Shown: positions 51,291-60,604 of the stretch, piece after piece | How positions within the stretch are numbered: the first letter of the stretch is position 1 | Layout of the letters: each line of letters opens with the position of its first letter | NCBI RefSeq assembly: GCF_000027125.1 | Contig: NC_017626.1 | Source of the DNA: Escherichia coli 042 | GTDB taxonomy: Bacteria; Pseudomonadota; Gammaproteobacteria; Enterobacterales; Enterobacteriaceae | DNA length: 64,000 nucleotides | Strand: one strand, 5' to 3' | Made by a program: the position numbers and the translations under genes | The notes under the pieces: model-generated | Told to the model about the DNA's origin: nothing | The model's input: only the letters and a program-made list of their open reading frames with translations | Databases searched by the model: none

Positions 51291-51650
51291 TTACCTCCAG
51301 ATGCGTTGCTGGAATGTGCGGGACGGACGCGGTGGGCGTTCGGAGTGAGGCAATCTGACTGAGATTATCCAGTGACGGTAGTCGAGGCTAAGGGCTTTTT
51401 TAACCTCGTATCCGCGCCTGCGGTAACACTGAATTATCCATTCAGCCTGCTCTTCAGTGCATGGTGGATGCTGGAACCAGTCCGATTTGAATGCATGAAA
51501 ACGCCGTCCGCACCTGCTGGCAAAGACGGCAGAATCATCAGAATTGTGTAATTTGGTATCGTGCGCCATCGGTTGTCTCTGCTGGCGCAGCAGGTGCCAG
51601 TTGTTCAGGCTGGCGTGCGAATTGTAAACCAGAATGCCAGGAAAAAACAA
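51291..51650 (-). CDS. hypothetical phage protein
   Basis: 119-aa ORF; start may be the internal Met. Confidence 0.4.
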   Translation of the reverse strand: MFFPGILVYNSHASLNNWHLLRQQRQPMAHDTKLHNSDDSAVFASRCGRRFHAFKSDWFQHPPCTEEQAEWIIQCYRRRGYEVKKALSLDYRHWIISVRLPHSERPPRPSRTFQQRIWR

Positions 51651-51865
51651 AACCCGCCGAAGCGGGTATGCTAAAACAAACTGAAAGTAATATACCGGAC
51701 TTGTAAAGGAACGATAGAATAATTATTGGATTAAACCCTGACTCAATCCAGATTTCATAGGCAACAACTACGGACTAATCATCACAGTCATGTTTGATAG
51801 GCTTAGTCCACATTGGGTGAGGGTTTACGGCGTTTTCACTAATAATTTATCGTCCAAGCTATACA

Positions 51866-52258
51866 CTACTGCCCTGTTTTAACGAAGTTTTTAAAGGAAA
51901 CAACTGCCTGATAGGGGTTTGGTTGACAGCCAAACATATTATCGCAAAAAGGCTTGATGAAAATTCTTGAGGATCCATCTTCATTTGGCATTTTACTCAC
52001 TTGATAAGCGAGGAATGGACTATTTGGAGAGGGATTATAAGTGGAAATTAGCGTGTCTGTCGCCGTTTGAATTTTCCATGAGGAATTATTAGCCAACCAG
52101 AATTGCGCTCGTTTCCAATAAAAGTCACATTGCTTTTCATCATTACATGTTAGTGGCTTCATTGCTTCTGCTTTCAACGCTGGATCGACCTTTGCTGCAC
52201 ACCCTCCCAACATTACTGTTGCAATCATTACACCTGCGACTAAAACAAGTTTCTTCAT
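51866..52258 (-). CDS. putative lipoprotein (moron)
   Basis: 130-aa ORF with signal peptide and lipobox LGGC; AT-rich. Confidence 0.6.
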   Translation of the reverse strand: MKKLVLVAGVMIATVMLGGCAAKVDPALKAEAMKPLTCNDEKQCDFYWKRAQFWLANNSSWKIQTATDTLISTYNPSPNSPFLAYQVSKMPNEDGSSRIFIKPFCDNMFGCQPNPYQAVVSFKNFVKTGQ

Positions 52259-52401
52259 CTCCCTGCCCCATCAATAAAAGTTCGGTTCTCTAATAACTAG
52301 AGTTAATCAACGGAAAAAACGCCGAAGCGGGTTAAGTGCGGGTGCGTTGAGGATGCCTGACACATCAGAGGTGGCGAGGGATTTCTCCCCCGCCAGGTCT
52401 C

Positions 52402-52557
52402 TTACTCCTCAGGTTCGTAAGCTGTGAAGACAGCGACCTCCGTCTGGCCGGTTCGGATTCGTACCTCGCAGAGGTCTTTCCTCGTTACCAGTGCCGTCAC
52501 AATGACGGTTAAACAGATGACGATCAGGGCGATTAGCATCGCCTTTTGCTGCTTCAT
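52402..52557 (-). CDS. hok: Hok/Gef-family type I toxin
   Basis: 51-aa segment MKQQKAMLIALIVICLTVIVTALVTRKDLCEVRIRTGQTEVAVFTAYEPEE matches Hok-family toxins; the longer 70-aa ORF is the overlapping mok-like frame. Confidence 0.85.
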   Translation of the reverse strand: MKQQKAMLIALIVICLTVIVTALVTRKDLCEVRIRTGQTEVAVFTAYEPEE

Positions 52558-52848
52558 AGCCTGCTTCTCCTTGCCTTTCGGCGCGTAAGAGGCTAACCTA
52601 GATTTGCCGTTCATAGATTGAGCCTCAGATTAATGTTAAGCGTCTTGCAGGACGCGTAATGTTAACTGGGGCTTTTCTCTATCTGCCTTTTGGTGTTCAT
52701 GCCTGAGACAGATAGCCTCAAGCACCCGCTGCAATTCTACTTAACTCTCCTTTTCCCGCAAACCGTTTTTATCCCCAGCGGCAAATCGAATACACCACCA
52801 GCGCCACCGCCATCGCAATTCCTACCGTTGTTAATGCTTCAGGCCAGC

Positions 52849-53751
52849 TCATTGATTCACCTCCTGCGGCGGTTCTGGTAGCGGCATCCAGTGTGACGGT
52901 TTCCACGACGCACCAGGAATTATCCACCCATCATTAGCGTCAGGATGCCCGGGGATGTAAGTAGCCCATTTCATTCGCCAGTCACCTTTCCTGTCAAACT
53001 CCACGGCAACAAGAACGGCTGTTTTGGTATTCGGCATTCGCTCACTACAGCTTATCCAACCATCCGGAGTTGCCGGAGAGTTGCCCGATAGTGCATTCTG
53101 CTCCAGTGATGCTTTTACAAACCACGCTGCCTGAACTATAACGCCATGAATCCAGCGCAAATCAGCATCGCGATCTTTCTTTTTCATCTTTTCGCCACTT
53201 AAGGCCTTGCTTATGTGGCTGCGTACCAGGTCTTCATGTAATTCCTTCGCCTCCTCAATGGTGAAACCACCAGGCAGAAGAGCCGGAGTTACCGGAGAGC
53301 TGGTTGACGCTTCCGGGATTTCCCGAAAATTATTGGTTGACGAATTCTTGCTTTCCCGAAAGTTTCCGGACTGAAGCATGGCGGTGCGGCAGGCGTTCCA
53401 TATTTCGGCAGCAATATCGCGCTCGCTATCGGTTAATTTGTACGTGGAAACATAGCCAGAGAGCATTTCTACGTTTTCCGGAGTTGCTTCTTCCGGCACT
53501 ACCGGCGCTGGCGGGGCGATGCGTCCAAGCAACTTATTTACCTCTTTCGCCATCGCGTCATATTTATCTAAATGGCGATTAGCTTCTAAGCAGACTCGGC
53601 GCATCTGATCTGAGTTAACTCGTTTAACTGGATCTGCTTCCAGCGATGCCAGCGCAATCCGTGCCAGTTCCATTTGTTCACCACGGGTAAGCCCGTTTTC
53701 AAGCGGATTTTTAATGAACAATTCAATACGTTCTTTGGTAATAGTGGTCAT
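52849..53751 (-). CDS. hypothetical phage protein with DUF551-like C-terminus
   Basis: 300-aa ORF; C-terminal Trp/Pro-rich ...HWMPLPEPP. Confidence 0.5.
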   Translation of the reverse strand: MTTITKERIELFIKNPLENGLTRGEQMELARIALASLEADPVKRVNSDQMRRVCLEANRHLDKYDAMAKEVNKLLGRIAPPAPVVPEEATPENVEMLSGYVSTYKLTDSERDIAAEIWNACRTAMLQSGNFRESKNSSTNNFREIPEASTSSPVTPALLPGGFTIEEAKELHEDLVRSHISKALSGEKMKKKDRDADLRWIHGVIVQAAWFVKASLEQNALSGNSPATPDGWISCSERMPNTKTAVLVAVEFDRKGDWRMKWATYIPGHPDANDGWIIPGASWKPSHWMPLPEPPQEVNQ

Positions 53752-53761
53752 GTGTTACTCC

Positions 53762-54025
53762 TTAACCCGCAGTGCTTTCAACTGATGAGGGGAACAAAAT
53801 CTTTTCATCAAACCCTGCATTCATATCATGAACAGCAACACACCAATCCATCGACGAACGATTATCAAGAGCCTCCATGATTTCATCCATGCGGCGTAGG
53901 TCATACAGGTAAATGCTTTTATCGCCAATGGTGTAAAAACCAATTTTTTTCGGTGATGGGCAGCGATCAAGAACGTCCTGTAATTCGTTCAACCATGCCC
54001 GTTCTTTTTTTGTCAAAGTTGCCAT
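53762..54025 (-). CDS. hypothetical protein
   Basis: 87-aa ORF. Confidence 0.4.
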   Translation of the reverse strand: MATLTKKERAWLNELQDVLDRCPSPKKIGFYTIGDKSIYLYDLRRMDEIMEALDNRSSMDWCVAVHDMNAGFDEKILFPSSVESTAG

Positions 54026-54026
54026 A

Positions 54027-54557
54027 TCACTCTCCTTTGATGCGAATACCAGTGGTACTCATTATCCTGATTTCCCAGAGCACACGAGGAACACCACCGT
54101 TTCCGACTGGATCGCGTTTACTCCGCAGGGCGACGCTTGATTCCGCCCAGCTTTTTCTTGGAGGAAGCTCTTTCACACGAACAAAACCAGCTGCGCGAAG
54201 AGATGCTCCTGATTCATCTGCCCGGGTGTACGTAATACAACGTTGATAACCCATAGCTTTTGCTGCCCGCCAGACAGCACCATAAAGCGCGCTGTTAGCG
54301 TTGCGTTCTCCTGTGGTACATGTGCGATTTACTTCAAGCGTTAATCCATCGTCCAAATGTCGTGCAACAGGTCTACCGGCTGTCGCCACACCTATCAATT
54401 CTCCGGCATCATTTCTCAGACCAATGCTGAATTTATGCCCCACCGGGGGTTTATTGTGTCGGTGATGTCTGGATATAAACGCCTTCGCAACACGAAGAGT
54501 AACCGGTGAAATTTGCATTCTCACTCTCCTTTGATGCCAATGTTTACAGACTGGCAA
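54027..54557 (-). CDS. hypothetical protein
   Basis: 176-aa ORF. Confidence 0.45.
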   Translation of the reverse strand: MPVCKHWHQRRVRMQISPVTLRVAKAFISRHHRHNKPPVGHKFSIGLRNDAGELIGVATAGRPVARHLDDGLTLEVNRTCTTGERNANSALYGAVWRAAKAMGYQRCITYTRADESGASLRAAGFVRVKELPPRKSWAESSVALRSKRDPVGNGGVPRVLWEIRIMSTTGIRIKGE

Positions 54558-54880
54558 GCCTCTTTGAGCACCCAGTCAACAGCGTCTTTCCATGCTCCGG
54601 TTTCGACTGGCGGATTCTCACGCTTTACCTGTTCATAGAAACGCACTGCTTTAATCAATCCTTCTGGTGTCAGTGGCACAGGCGGGGCAGTGAATAACGC
54701 CTGAATTTCATAGTTCGGTCTGTCGTTGCAATCCTCTTTTGTCGGTACATATTTCCAGTCACCAACCCACTGCTTCCCCTGAAAGTCTGTAACGCCTTTT
54801 TTCACGTAGCGATATCGCCATGCCACTGGTTTTGCCTGCCCTGCCTTTTCATGCCCTTCCTGATAATTAATCTCGCTCAT
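54521..54880 (-). CDS. hypothetical protein
   Basis: 119-aa ORF. Confidence 0.4.
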   Translation of the reverse strand: MSEINYQEGHEKAGQAKPVAWRYRYVKKGVTDFQGKQWVGDWKYVPTKEDCNDRPNYEIQALFTAPPVPLTPEGLIKAVRFYEQVKRENPPVETGAWKDAVDWVLKEACQSVNIGIKGE

Positions 54881-55045
54881 TCATCGCCCCACTCATCACA
54901 ATATGCTTCGACCGGTGTTTTCCCTGCTTCATAATCATCACGCCATGCTTCAGCATCAGCGGCACTTCCACCGCGTAACTCTGCATAATCCATTAACAGT
55001 TCATGCCATTCTTCAAAACTGGCGTTATATTTAGTTGAACCAAAA

Positions 55046-55228
55046 TCAGCCATTTTGTTCTTCCTCTTCGTCTTTTATTTCGTGGTATGAGTAATTGCAG
55101 TAGTTAAAGAAAATATCTTTAGCTTCATCCTGTATTTCATCTGGTGTTGCATCATCATCCACTTCGAATTCATCCTCGAAATCTCCACCGGCTATTCCCG
55201 TTTCAATAATTATTTTGAATTTTCGCAT
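55046..55228 (-). CDS. hypothetical acidic protein
   Basis: 60-aa ORF. Confidence 0.3.
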   Translation of the reverse strand: MRKFKIIIETGIAGGDFEDEFEVDDDATPDEIQDEAKDIFFNYCNYSYHEIKDEEEEQNG

Positions 55229-55356
55229 TTCACTACCGCCCTTTCGGACGGCCTCCTGATGTTCTGAGGGTGCAGGAATCCCTCCGGTTAAGGATTTAAT
55301 AAAAATCGTTTCTGATTTAAATCTTCGGTATTTAGTTGTTAGTCGGTTTATAGCCT

Positions 55357-55668
55357 TTATGCTTCGGCCTTATTTCTCAGCCATACACAAACCGGGCCAT
55401 CTTCGGTGTCATGTATTGAACCAATAAACCATCCATTGCCCTCTGGTCGTTCCGGTTCCCATGCAGAAATATCAGCATCACACGCATCAAGGTCAGCACA
55501 TCCTTCATCTCTGAAGCAGAGGACGTATTGAAGATTATTTTCCTCCATCCAGGCGTTAAACTCTTCCGTTGAAATATATTCCCGACCGTCACAGAATTTT
55601 TCATATTCAGGATGCGTCCAGCAGCCATATTCATCACGTACTACTGGTATTTCTTTAATTTCATTCAT
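55357..55668 (-). CDS. hypothetical protein
   Basis: 103-aa ORF. Confidence 0.4.
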   Translation of the reverse strand: MNEIKEIPVVRDEYGCWTHPEYEKFCDGREYISTEEFNAWMEENNLQYVLCFRDEGCADLDACDADISAWEPERPEGNGWFIGSIHDTEDGPVCVWLRNKAEA

Positions 55669-55915
55669 TTCTGTTCTCCCACGTTTTCAGACTTTCACCA
55701 CAGAACGGACAAAATGAAACCCGAACTGGTAATTTAGAAAATTCACCGGAACGCAACATCACAAAATCAGGACCGCGAGTTAAACTCTCATTCCAGATTT
55801 TGTATATCAGCAGACCTTTTCGCATCGTGTATTCAGCATCACGCTCAAGGGACTTTGCCAGTGCTGCACATGGTTCTATCTTGTTGCCATTAACCTGGCA
55901 TTTTGATTCACTCAC
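55661..55915 (-). CDS. hypothetical zinc-ribbon protein
   Basis: 84-aa ORF with CxxC pair. Confidence 0.4.
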   Translation of the reverse strand: MSESKCQVNGNKIEPCAALAKSLERDAEYTMRKGLLIYKIWNESLTRGPDFVMLRSGEFSKLPVRVSFCPFCGESLKTWENRNE

Positions 55916-56334
55916 CGCACCACCTCCTCAAAATTCCCCTGATAAAACGCCAGTACACGCTGCATAGCTTCACTCTTCCGGCACTCGCGACAGATTATGT
56001 TTAGGCGCCTGTCGTAGCGGCGTATTTCGCCGTCTGGTAATAGCCAGATAAGGTCCGGATCAACCACAGATGGTTTCTTCAGCTTTGCCCTTGAGAGTTT
56101 TTTGCGGGCGTTTTGCCAGTCCTTGCGCGCCTGCTCAGACGGGAATACTCCGTAACCGGAATTGTAAACATCACCACTGGCGGCCAGCTCCATGCATAAA
56201 CGACCGACAGACGTATGACTGACACCAATTTCATCCGATAACTGCCGAATCGTGCCTCGTCCGTTAAGGCGTACGAATTCCACGATCAGCCCTTTAATTT
56301 TTTCCCGCTCTTCTTGTGTAAAAACTTTTGCCAC
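55912..56334 (-). CDS. hypothetical HTH-containing protein (replication region)
   Basis: 140-aa ORF downstream of the replication gene. Confidence 0.45.
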   Translation of the reverse strand: MAKVFTQEEREKIKGLIVEFVRLNGRGTIRQLSDEIGVSHTSVGRLCMELAASGDVYNSGYGVFPSEQARKDWQNARKKLSRAKLKKPSVVDPDLIWLLPDGEIRRYDRRLNIICRECRKSEAMQRVLAFYQGNFEEVVR

Positions 56335-56374
56335 AAGCCCTCCTGAAAATTACCTCATGACCAGAAATTAACAC

Positions 56375-57352
56375 TTACCCCCTGAAGCCCGGCGGAATTT
56401 CAGTGTCCGGTTCAGAAATGTGATTCACGCAACGCTGCGCAGGCGAACGCCCCAGGCGGATAACCAGTTCATCCCATTTTTCCCGGAGTTTTGCCGGACT
56501 CATGATGTTTTTTACCCAGAACGAATCCCGCTGGAGACGCCCAAACATTTCACAAATTTGTCTGTGAGTTCTGCCATCCAGCATCCGCATTGTGCGAACG
56601 TCATTGGCCCATGCTGTCCAGTTGGGTTCTTTCGGTCTAGTGATCTCGCCATCATCGCTGGCCGCCTGCTCGTAAAGACTCACGATTCGTCCCCAGATCC
56701 ACTGTGCGCACACCAAATCTTCCTGACTTCCCCACTGGCGTTTTTTCGCACTGAACACAACCGCGTCAGGGTGTCGGGTTAAAAAATCCTGTTCAGCCGT
56801 CTGCGGGTCCGGTTGCGAAGCGTCCGGACAAGAAGATCTTTTATCTGACGGATCAGGTTTTAATACTGACGGATCGGGGTCAATCATCGCCCCCCTAATC
56901 GGCAGTTTTTTATCAACGGTTGATCCATCAAAATTTGACGGGTCAACCGTTGAGGGGTCAATATTTGACGGGTCAACTGTTAACGGGTCATTTTTTGCCG
57001 GGCTAATTTTTCTTTTCGGTTTATATGACTCACGCGCCGCCGCCGCAGCTGCTTCGAGTTTTTCCACATTAAGCCGATAGATATTGCTTACATTACGCCC
57101 ACCGACCTTACGCTCTTCCTTCGTCAGCCAGCCCTCTTTCGCCAGTTCTGCAATAGCCGATTTCACTGTGGATTCACTTCTTGCACCGATCTGACGCCGG
57201 ATAGTTTCAATGGCAGGCCATGACACGCCCTCGTCATTGCTGTAGTCTGCAAGACGGGCCATAACCGCCACCCTGGATAAGATCATGCCGGTGAAGGCGC
57301 ACCCTTCCCAGACAAGACCATGAAGCTTGCTGCTCATAAAACCCCCGAACAC
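56375..57352 (-). CDS. phage replication initiation protein (YdaU/O-like, N-terminal winged helix)
   Basis: 325-aa ORF with N-terminal HTH, Pro/Asp-rich linker repeats and C-terminal domain. Confidence 0.55.
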   Translation of the reverse strand: MFGGFMSSKLHGLVWEGCAFTGMILSRVAVMARLADYSNDEGVSWPAIETIRRQIGARSESTVKSAIAELAKEGWLTKEERKVGGRNVSNIYRLNVEKLEAAAAAARESYKPKRKISPAKNDPLTVDPSNIDPSTVDPSNFDGSTVDKKLPIRGAMIDPDPSVLKPDPSDKRSSCPDASQPDPQTAEQDFLTRHPDAVVFSAKKRQWGSQEDLVCAQWIWGRIVSLYEQAASDDGEITRPKEPNWTAWANDVRTMRMLDGRTHRQICEMFGRLQRDSFWVKNIMSPAKLREKWDELVIRLGRSPAQRCVNHISEPDTEIPPGFRG

Positions 57353-57359
57353 CGTGCTT

Positions 57360-57785
57360 TTAGTGCATCACCACAGCATTCCCTGCCGGGCCGCCGCGAT
57401 TCATCTGGTCATACAAAACAACCGCTGACGCAACAAAATCATCGACATCCTTCACCAGCCGATCCCTCCGTTCGACGATCTCACGGTAATATTCAGAACT
57501 GTGGCTGCGCATACGGGCCACCAGCAAAGGCGGCATCGCCTTTTCGATCGCCGGTAACAGAGCCTGCATTTTTTCAACAGCATCAGGGGTGTCTTTATCC
57601 AGCCAACGGAAAATTTTCTGGGTATTACGGGCCAGGGCTTCCGGATGGCTGTCGTCATACAGTTCCGGGAACGTCATTCCCAGCTCGAAATACGCTTTGG
57701 TAATTTTCGCAGCCGGTACTTTTTCGCCGTCCGGATGCGCCCAGGCATTCATCGCCATGCGGATGTGTTCATGCTTGATTTTCAT
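57360..57785 (-). CDS. YdaT-like regulator (CII-analogue family)
   Basis: Start set at MKIKHEHI...; N-terminus matches the Rac YdaT family. Confidence 0.65.
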   Translation of the reverse strand: MKIKHEHIRMAMNAWAHPDGEKVPAAKITKAYFELGMTFPELYDDSHPEALARNTQKIFRWLDKDTPDAVEKMQALLPAIEKAMPPLLVARMRSHSSEYYREIVERRDRLVKDVDDFVASAVVLYDQMNRGGPAGNAVVMH

Positions 57786-58011
57786 GAATCCCCCCTTGGT
57801 TAGAAGGCGGATTATGATCAGAACCGGGAATGACAACCGTCGGTATGTGTAACTCATATTTGAGCGCCCCGGCAGTGACTGCCTGAATTAGCAACGCCCA
57901 TTTCCACGGAACCTCTTCCCCCCACATGCTGACTGTGGTTTTTGACGTTCCTAGAGCTGCGGCTGTTTTAACAACTCCGCCAAAATAGCCTAATACTTCT
58001 GATTTTTTCAT
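57769..58011 (-). CDS. Cro-like HTH regulator (YdaS-like)
   Basis: Small HTH ORF divergent from the repressor gene; start uncertain. Confidence 0.55.
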   Translation of the reverse strand: MKKSEVLGYFGGVVKTAAALGTSKTTVSMWGEEVPWKWALLIQAVTAGALKYELHIPTVVIPGSDHNPPSNQGGIHENQA

Positions 58012-58102
58012 GAGTCGCTCCATAAAACTGAACGTCAAAAGTTTAATAATCAAAACCAAAGAAAGTCAAGAAACAAAACCATCTGTGTTTTAAAATCAAA
58101 AC

Positions 58103-58741
58103 ATGAGCAAGCAAACTATATCTGAACGCATAACCCAACGTATGCATGCGCTAAACCTGAAAGGCAAAGACCTTGTCAATGGCACTGGCGCATCAAAAGG
58201 CTCCGTAAGTCAATGGATGAACGGTGGAGGAGCGCCGTCCTCGCGTTACATAAGTTCCCTGGCAAAAATATTGAAAGTAAACGAAAATTGGCTTCTTAAT
58301 GGAGGAGAGTTAAATACAGGTGATTCGCTTGATCTATCTTTACCGCCGATAAAAACGGTTCCGCTACTATCACTTCAGCAGGCAGCAAGCTGGAGTGATT
58401 ATATGAAAAATTCCTCAATAACCTCTTGTGTGCAGCTTGTCGGAGAAATCCCGGTCAATACCTTTGCAGTTGTTCTAGAGAGTGACAGTATGTCAACATC
58501 TGGTGGGGGAGTTTCCATCCCAAATGGTTCAACAGTTTTTGTTGATCCCGATCGAACCGTACAACCAGGAAATATTGTCCTTGCCTTACCCAAAGGGACC
58601 ACAACACCTGTCATTCGTAAACTGGAGATAGAAGGGCCGGATATTCTTTTAGTCCCCACGAATCCTCGCTACCCTTCAATTATGCTGGATGATCTATCTT
58701 GCATATTGGGCGTATGCTTTAAAATTCAACAAGATATTTAA
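58103..58741 (+). CDS. CI-like repressor (XRE HTH plus S24 LexA-like peptidase domain)
   Basis: 212-aa ORF divergent from the cro-like gene. Confidence 0.8.
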   Translation: MSKQTISERITQRMHALNLKGKDLVNGTGASKGSVSQWMNGGGAPSSRYISSLAKILKVNENWLLNGGELNTGDSLDLSLPPIKTVPLLSLQQAASWSDYMKNSSITSCVQLVGEIPVNTFAVVLESDSMSTSGGGVSIPNGSTVFVDPDRTVQPGNIVLALPKGTTTPVIRKLEIEGPDILLVPTNPRYPSIMLDDLSCILGVCFKIQQDI

Positions 58742-59033
58742 CCAACCTCATCTATTTGATTAACTGTATGCCATCGTGGTGATGGCTTAACAGCTGCCTG
58801 CTTAAAATGTTTTGATAAAAAAACATTGACCTGAAAAGTTCGTTTTTCTAAACTTCATTCATTCCCTCACCCCATCCTACAGAATGCAGGGCAATACTTC
58901 GAGTTACCAGGCAGTGGTCAGGGGTTAAGTAGCCAGCCCGAGGCGTAAGAACATGACGGCAGGGTTCAACTTTAATAACTATGCAGCAGGTTTTTGTTCC
59001 GCTACCCCGGCGTTAAGGGGAAATGAGGTCAGC

Positions 59034-59189
59034 ATGGATACTATCGATCTTGGCAACAACGAATCTCTGGTGTACGGCGTGTTTCCCAACCAGGACGGCA
59101 CGTTCACCGCGATGACGTATACCAAAAGCAAAACGTTTAAAACCGAAAATGGTGCCCGTCGCTGGCTGGAAAGAAACTCAGGTGAGTGA
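59034..59189 (+). CDS. YdfA-like protein
   Basis: Start set at MDTIDLGNNESLVYGV...; 51 aa; Qin-like ydfABC context. Confidence 0.55.
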   Translation: MDTIDLGNNESLVYGVFPNQDGTFTAMTYTKSKTFKTENGARRWLERNSGE

Positions 59190-59190
59190 T

Positions 59191-59319
59191 ATGGATTTCG
59201 ACACAATCATGGAAAAGGCTTACGAAGAATACTTCGAAGACCTTGCCGAAGGCGAAGAAGCTCTCAGCTTCAGTGAGTTTAAACAGGCGCTTTCCAGCTC
59301 GGCAAAATCTAACGGCTGA
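59191..59319 (+). CDS. YdfB-like small protein
   Basis: 42-codon ORF (MDFDTIMEKAYEEYFEDLAEG...) overlapping the ydfA stop. Confidence 0.45.
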   Translation: MDFDTIMEKAYEEYFEDLAEGEEALSFSEFKQALSSSAKSNG

Positions 59320-59348
59320 TAAGCGAAGTAGCACCGCGAGGAATCAGT

Positions 59349-59567
59349 ATGCAGAAACGAGAACCCGTCATAATCGCGCCAGACTATACCGATGATGAAC
59401 TTTATGAGTGGATGCGCCAGAAAATTAATGCAGCGCAGGATCTGAAATGGGCTAATGAAGCCAGGGCTAAGCAGGCTGAAAATCTGTCCGCTCTGGAGCA
59501 GGATATCACCAATCTGGAAAAAGCAGCGGCATTAAGCATTGCCAGAATGATTACATACCCGCGTTAA
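59349..59567 (+). CDS. YdfC-like protein
   Basis: 72-aa ORF. Confidence 0.55.
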   Translation: MQKREPVIIAPDYTDDELYEWMRQKINAAQDLKWANEARAKQAENLSALEQDITNLEKAAALSIARMITYPR

Positions 59568-59907
59568 TAGCTAACCAACGAAGCTAAGGTTGGTAATTAA
59601 GGAGTTCTCCACGGGTGAGGTGGAGTGCGTGCGCCGGACACGGGTGAGCATCCGGCACTGACAGTTTACTGAAAGGATATTTCCCTGAAAAGTCAGACCA
59701 TAACGCGAAAGCGCACGGCGAGGTAGCTGGTTCATAGATAGCCTGTCGTTAAATTTTCGTCGACCGTGCGCTTCCGGTTGTGGCAATCCGCGAAATGGCG
59801 CGGCGGTAAGTATGGCGGGGTTATTCCTTCCCCGTTGAGGACACCGGGTTGTCAGGTTGACCATACGCTTAAGTGACAACCCCGCTGCAACGCCCTCTGT
59901 TATCAAT

Positions 59908-59960
59908 TTTCTGGTGACGTTTGGCGGTATCAGTTTTACTCCGTGACTGCTCTGCCGCCC
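59908..59960 (+). ncRNA. dicF: DicF small regulatory RNA
   Basis: 53-nt sequence TTTCTGGTGACGTTTGGCGGTATCAGTTTTACTCCGTGACTGCTCTGCCGCCC followed by T-run terminator, upstream of dicB. Confidence 0.8.
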
Positions 59961-60134
59961 TTTTTAAAGTGAATTTTGTGATGCGGTGAATGCGGCTAAG
60001 CGCACGCGGAACAGTTAAAACCAAAAACAGTGTTATGGGTGGATTCTCTGTATCCGGCGTTAATTGTTAACTGGTTAACGTCACCTGGAGGCACCAGGCA
60101 CCGCATCACAAAACTCATTGTTGAGGGCGCGATA

Positions 60135-60323
60135 ATGAAAACGTTATTACCAAACGTTAATACGTCTGAAGGTTGTTTTGAAATTGGTGTCACTATCAGT
60201 AATCCTGTATTTACTGAAGATGCCATTAACAAAAGAAAACACGAACGGGAGTTATTAAATAAAGTATGCATTGTTTCAATGCTGGCCCGTTTACGTCTGA
60301 TGCCAAAAGGATGTGCACAATGA
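60135..60323 (+). CDS. dicB: cell-division inhibitor DicB
   Basis: 62-aa segment MKTLLPNVNTSEGCFEIGVTISNPVFTEDAINKRK... matches DicB. Confidence 0.85.
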   Translation: MKTLLPNVNTSEGCFEIGVTISNPVFTEDAINKRKHERELLNKVCIVSMLARLRLMPKGCAQ

Positions 60324-60511
60324 ATCCAGTATTTGCACTTATTCTGACGGTTTTTCTTGTTTCCGGAGAGCCAGTTGATATTGCAGTCAGTGTTCACAGA
60401 ACAATGCAGGAATGTATGGCAGCAGCAACCGAACAGAAAATTCCAGGCAACTGTTATCCGGTCGATAAAGTTATTCACCAGGATAATAACGAAATCCCGG
60501 CAGGATTTTAA
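60320..60511 (+). CDS. ydfD: YdfD-like small membrane protein
   Basis: 63-aa ORF (MNPVFALILTVFLVSGEP...) with ATGA overlap to dicB. Confidence 0.7.
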   Translation: MNPVFALILTVFLVSGEPVDIAVSVHRTMQECMAAATEQKIPGNCYPVDKVIHQDNNEIPAGF

Positions 60512-60604
60512 AACAGCACCGTAATAAATATCCAGTTTCATTCTTATATGTCAGCAATGGCAGAGATTTGTTCACCCTTAAATCTGTGATGAGGTTTACC
60601 AATA

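Noticed and set aside
59571-59906. 111-aa minus-strand ORF
   Set aside because: It occupies the ydfC to dicF precursor region on the wrong strand of a plus-strand operon and ends at the DicF sRNA.
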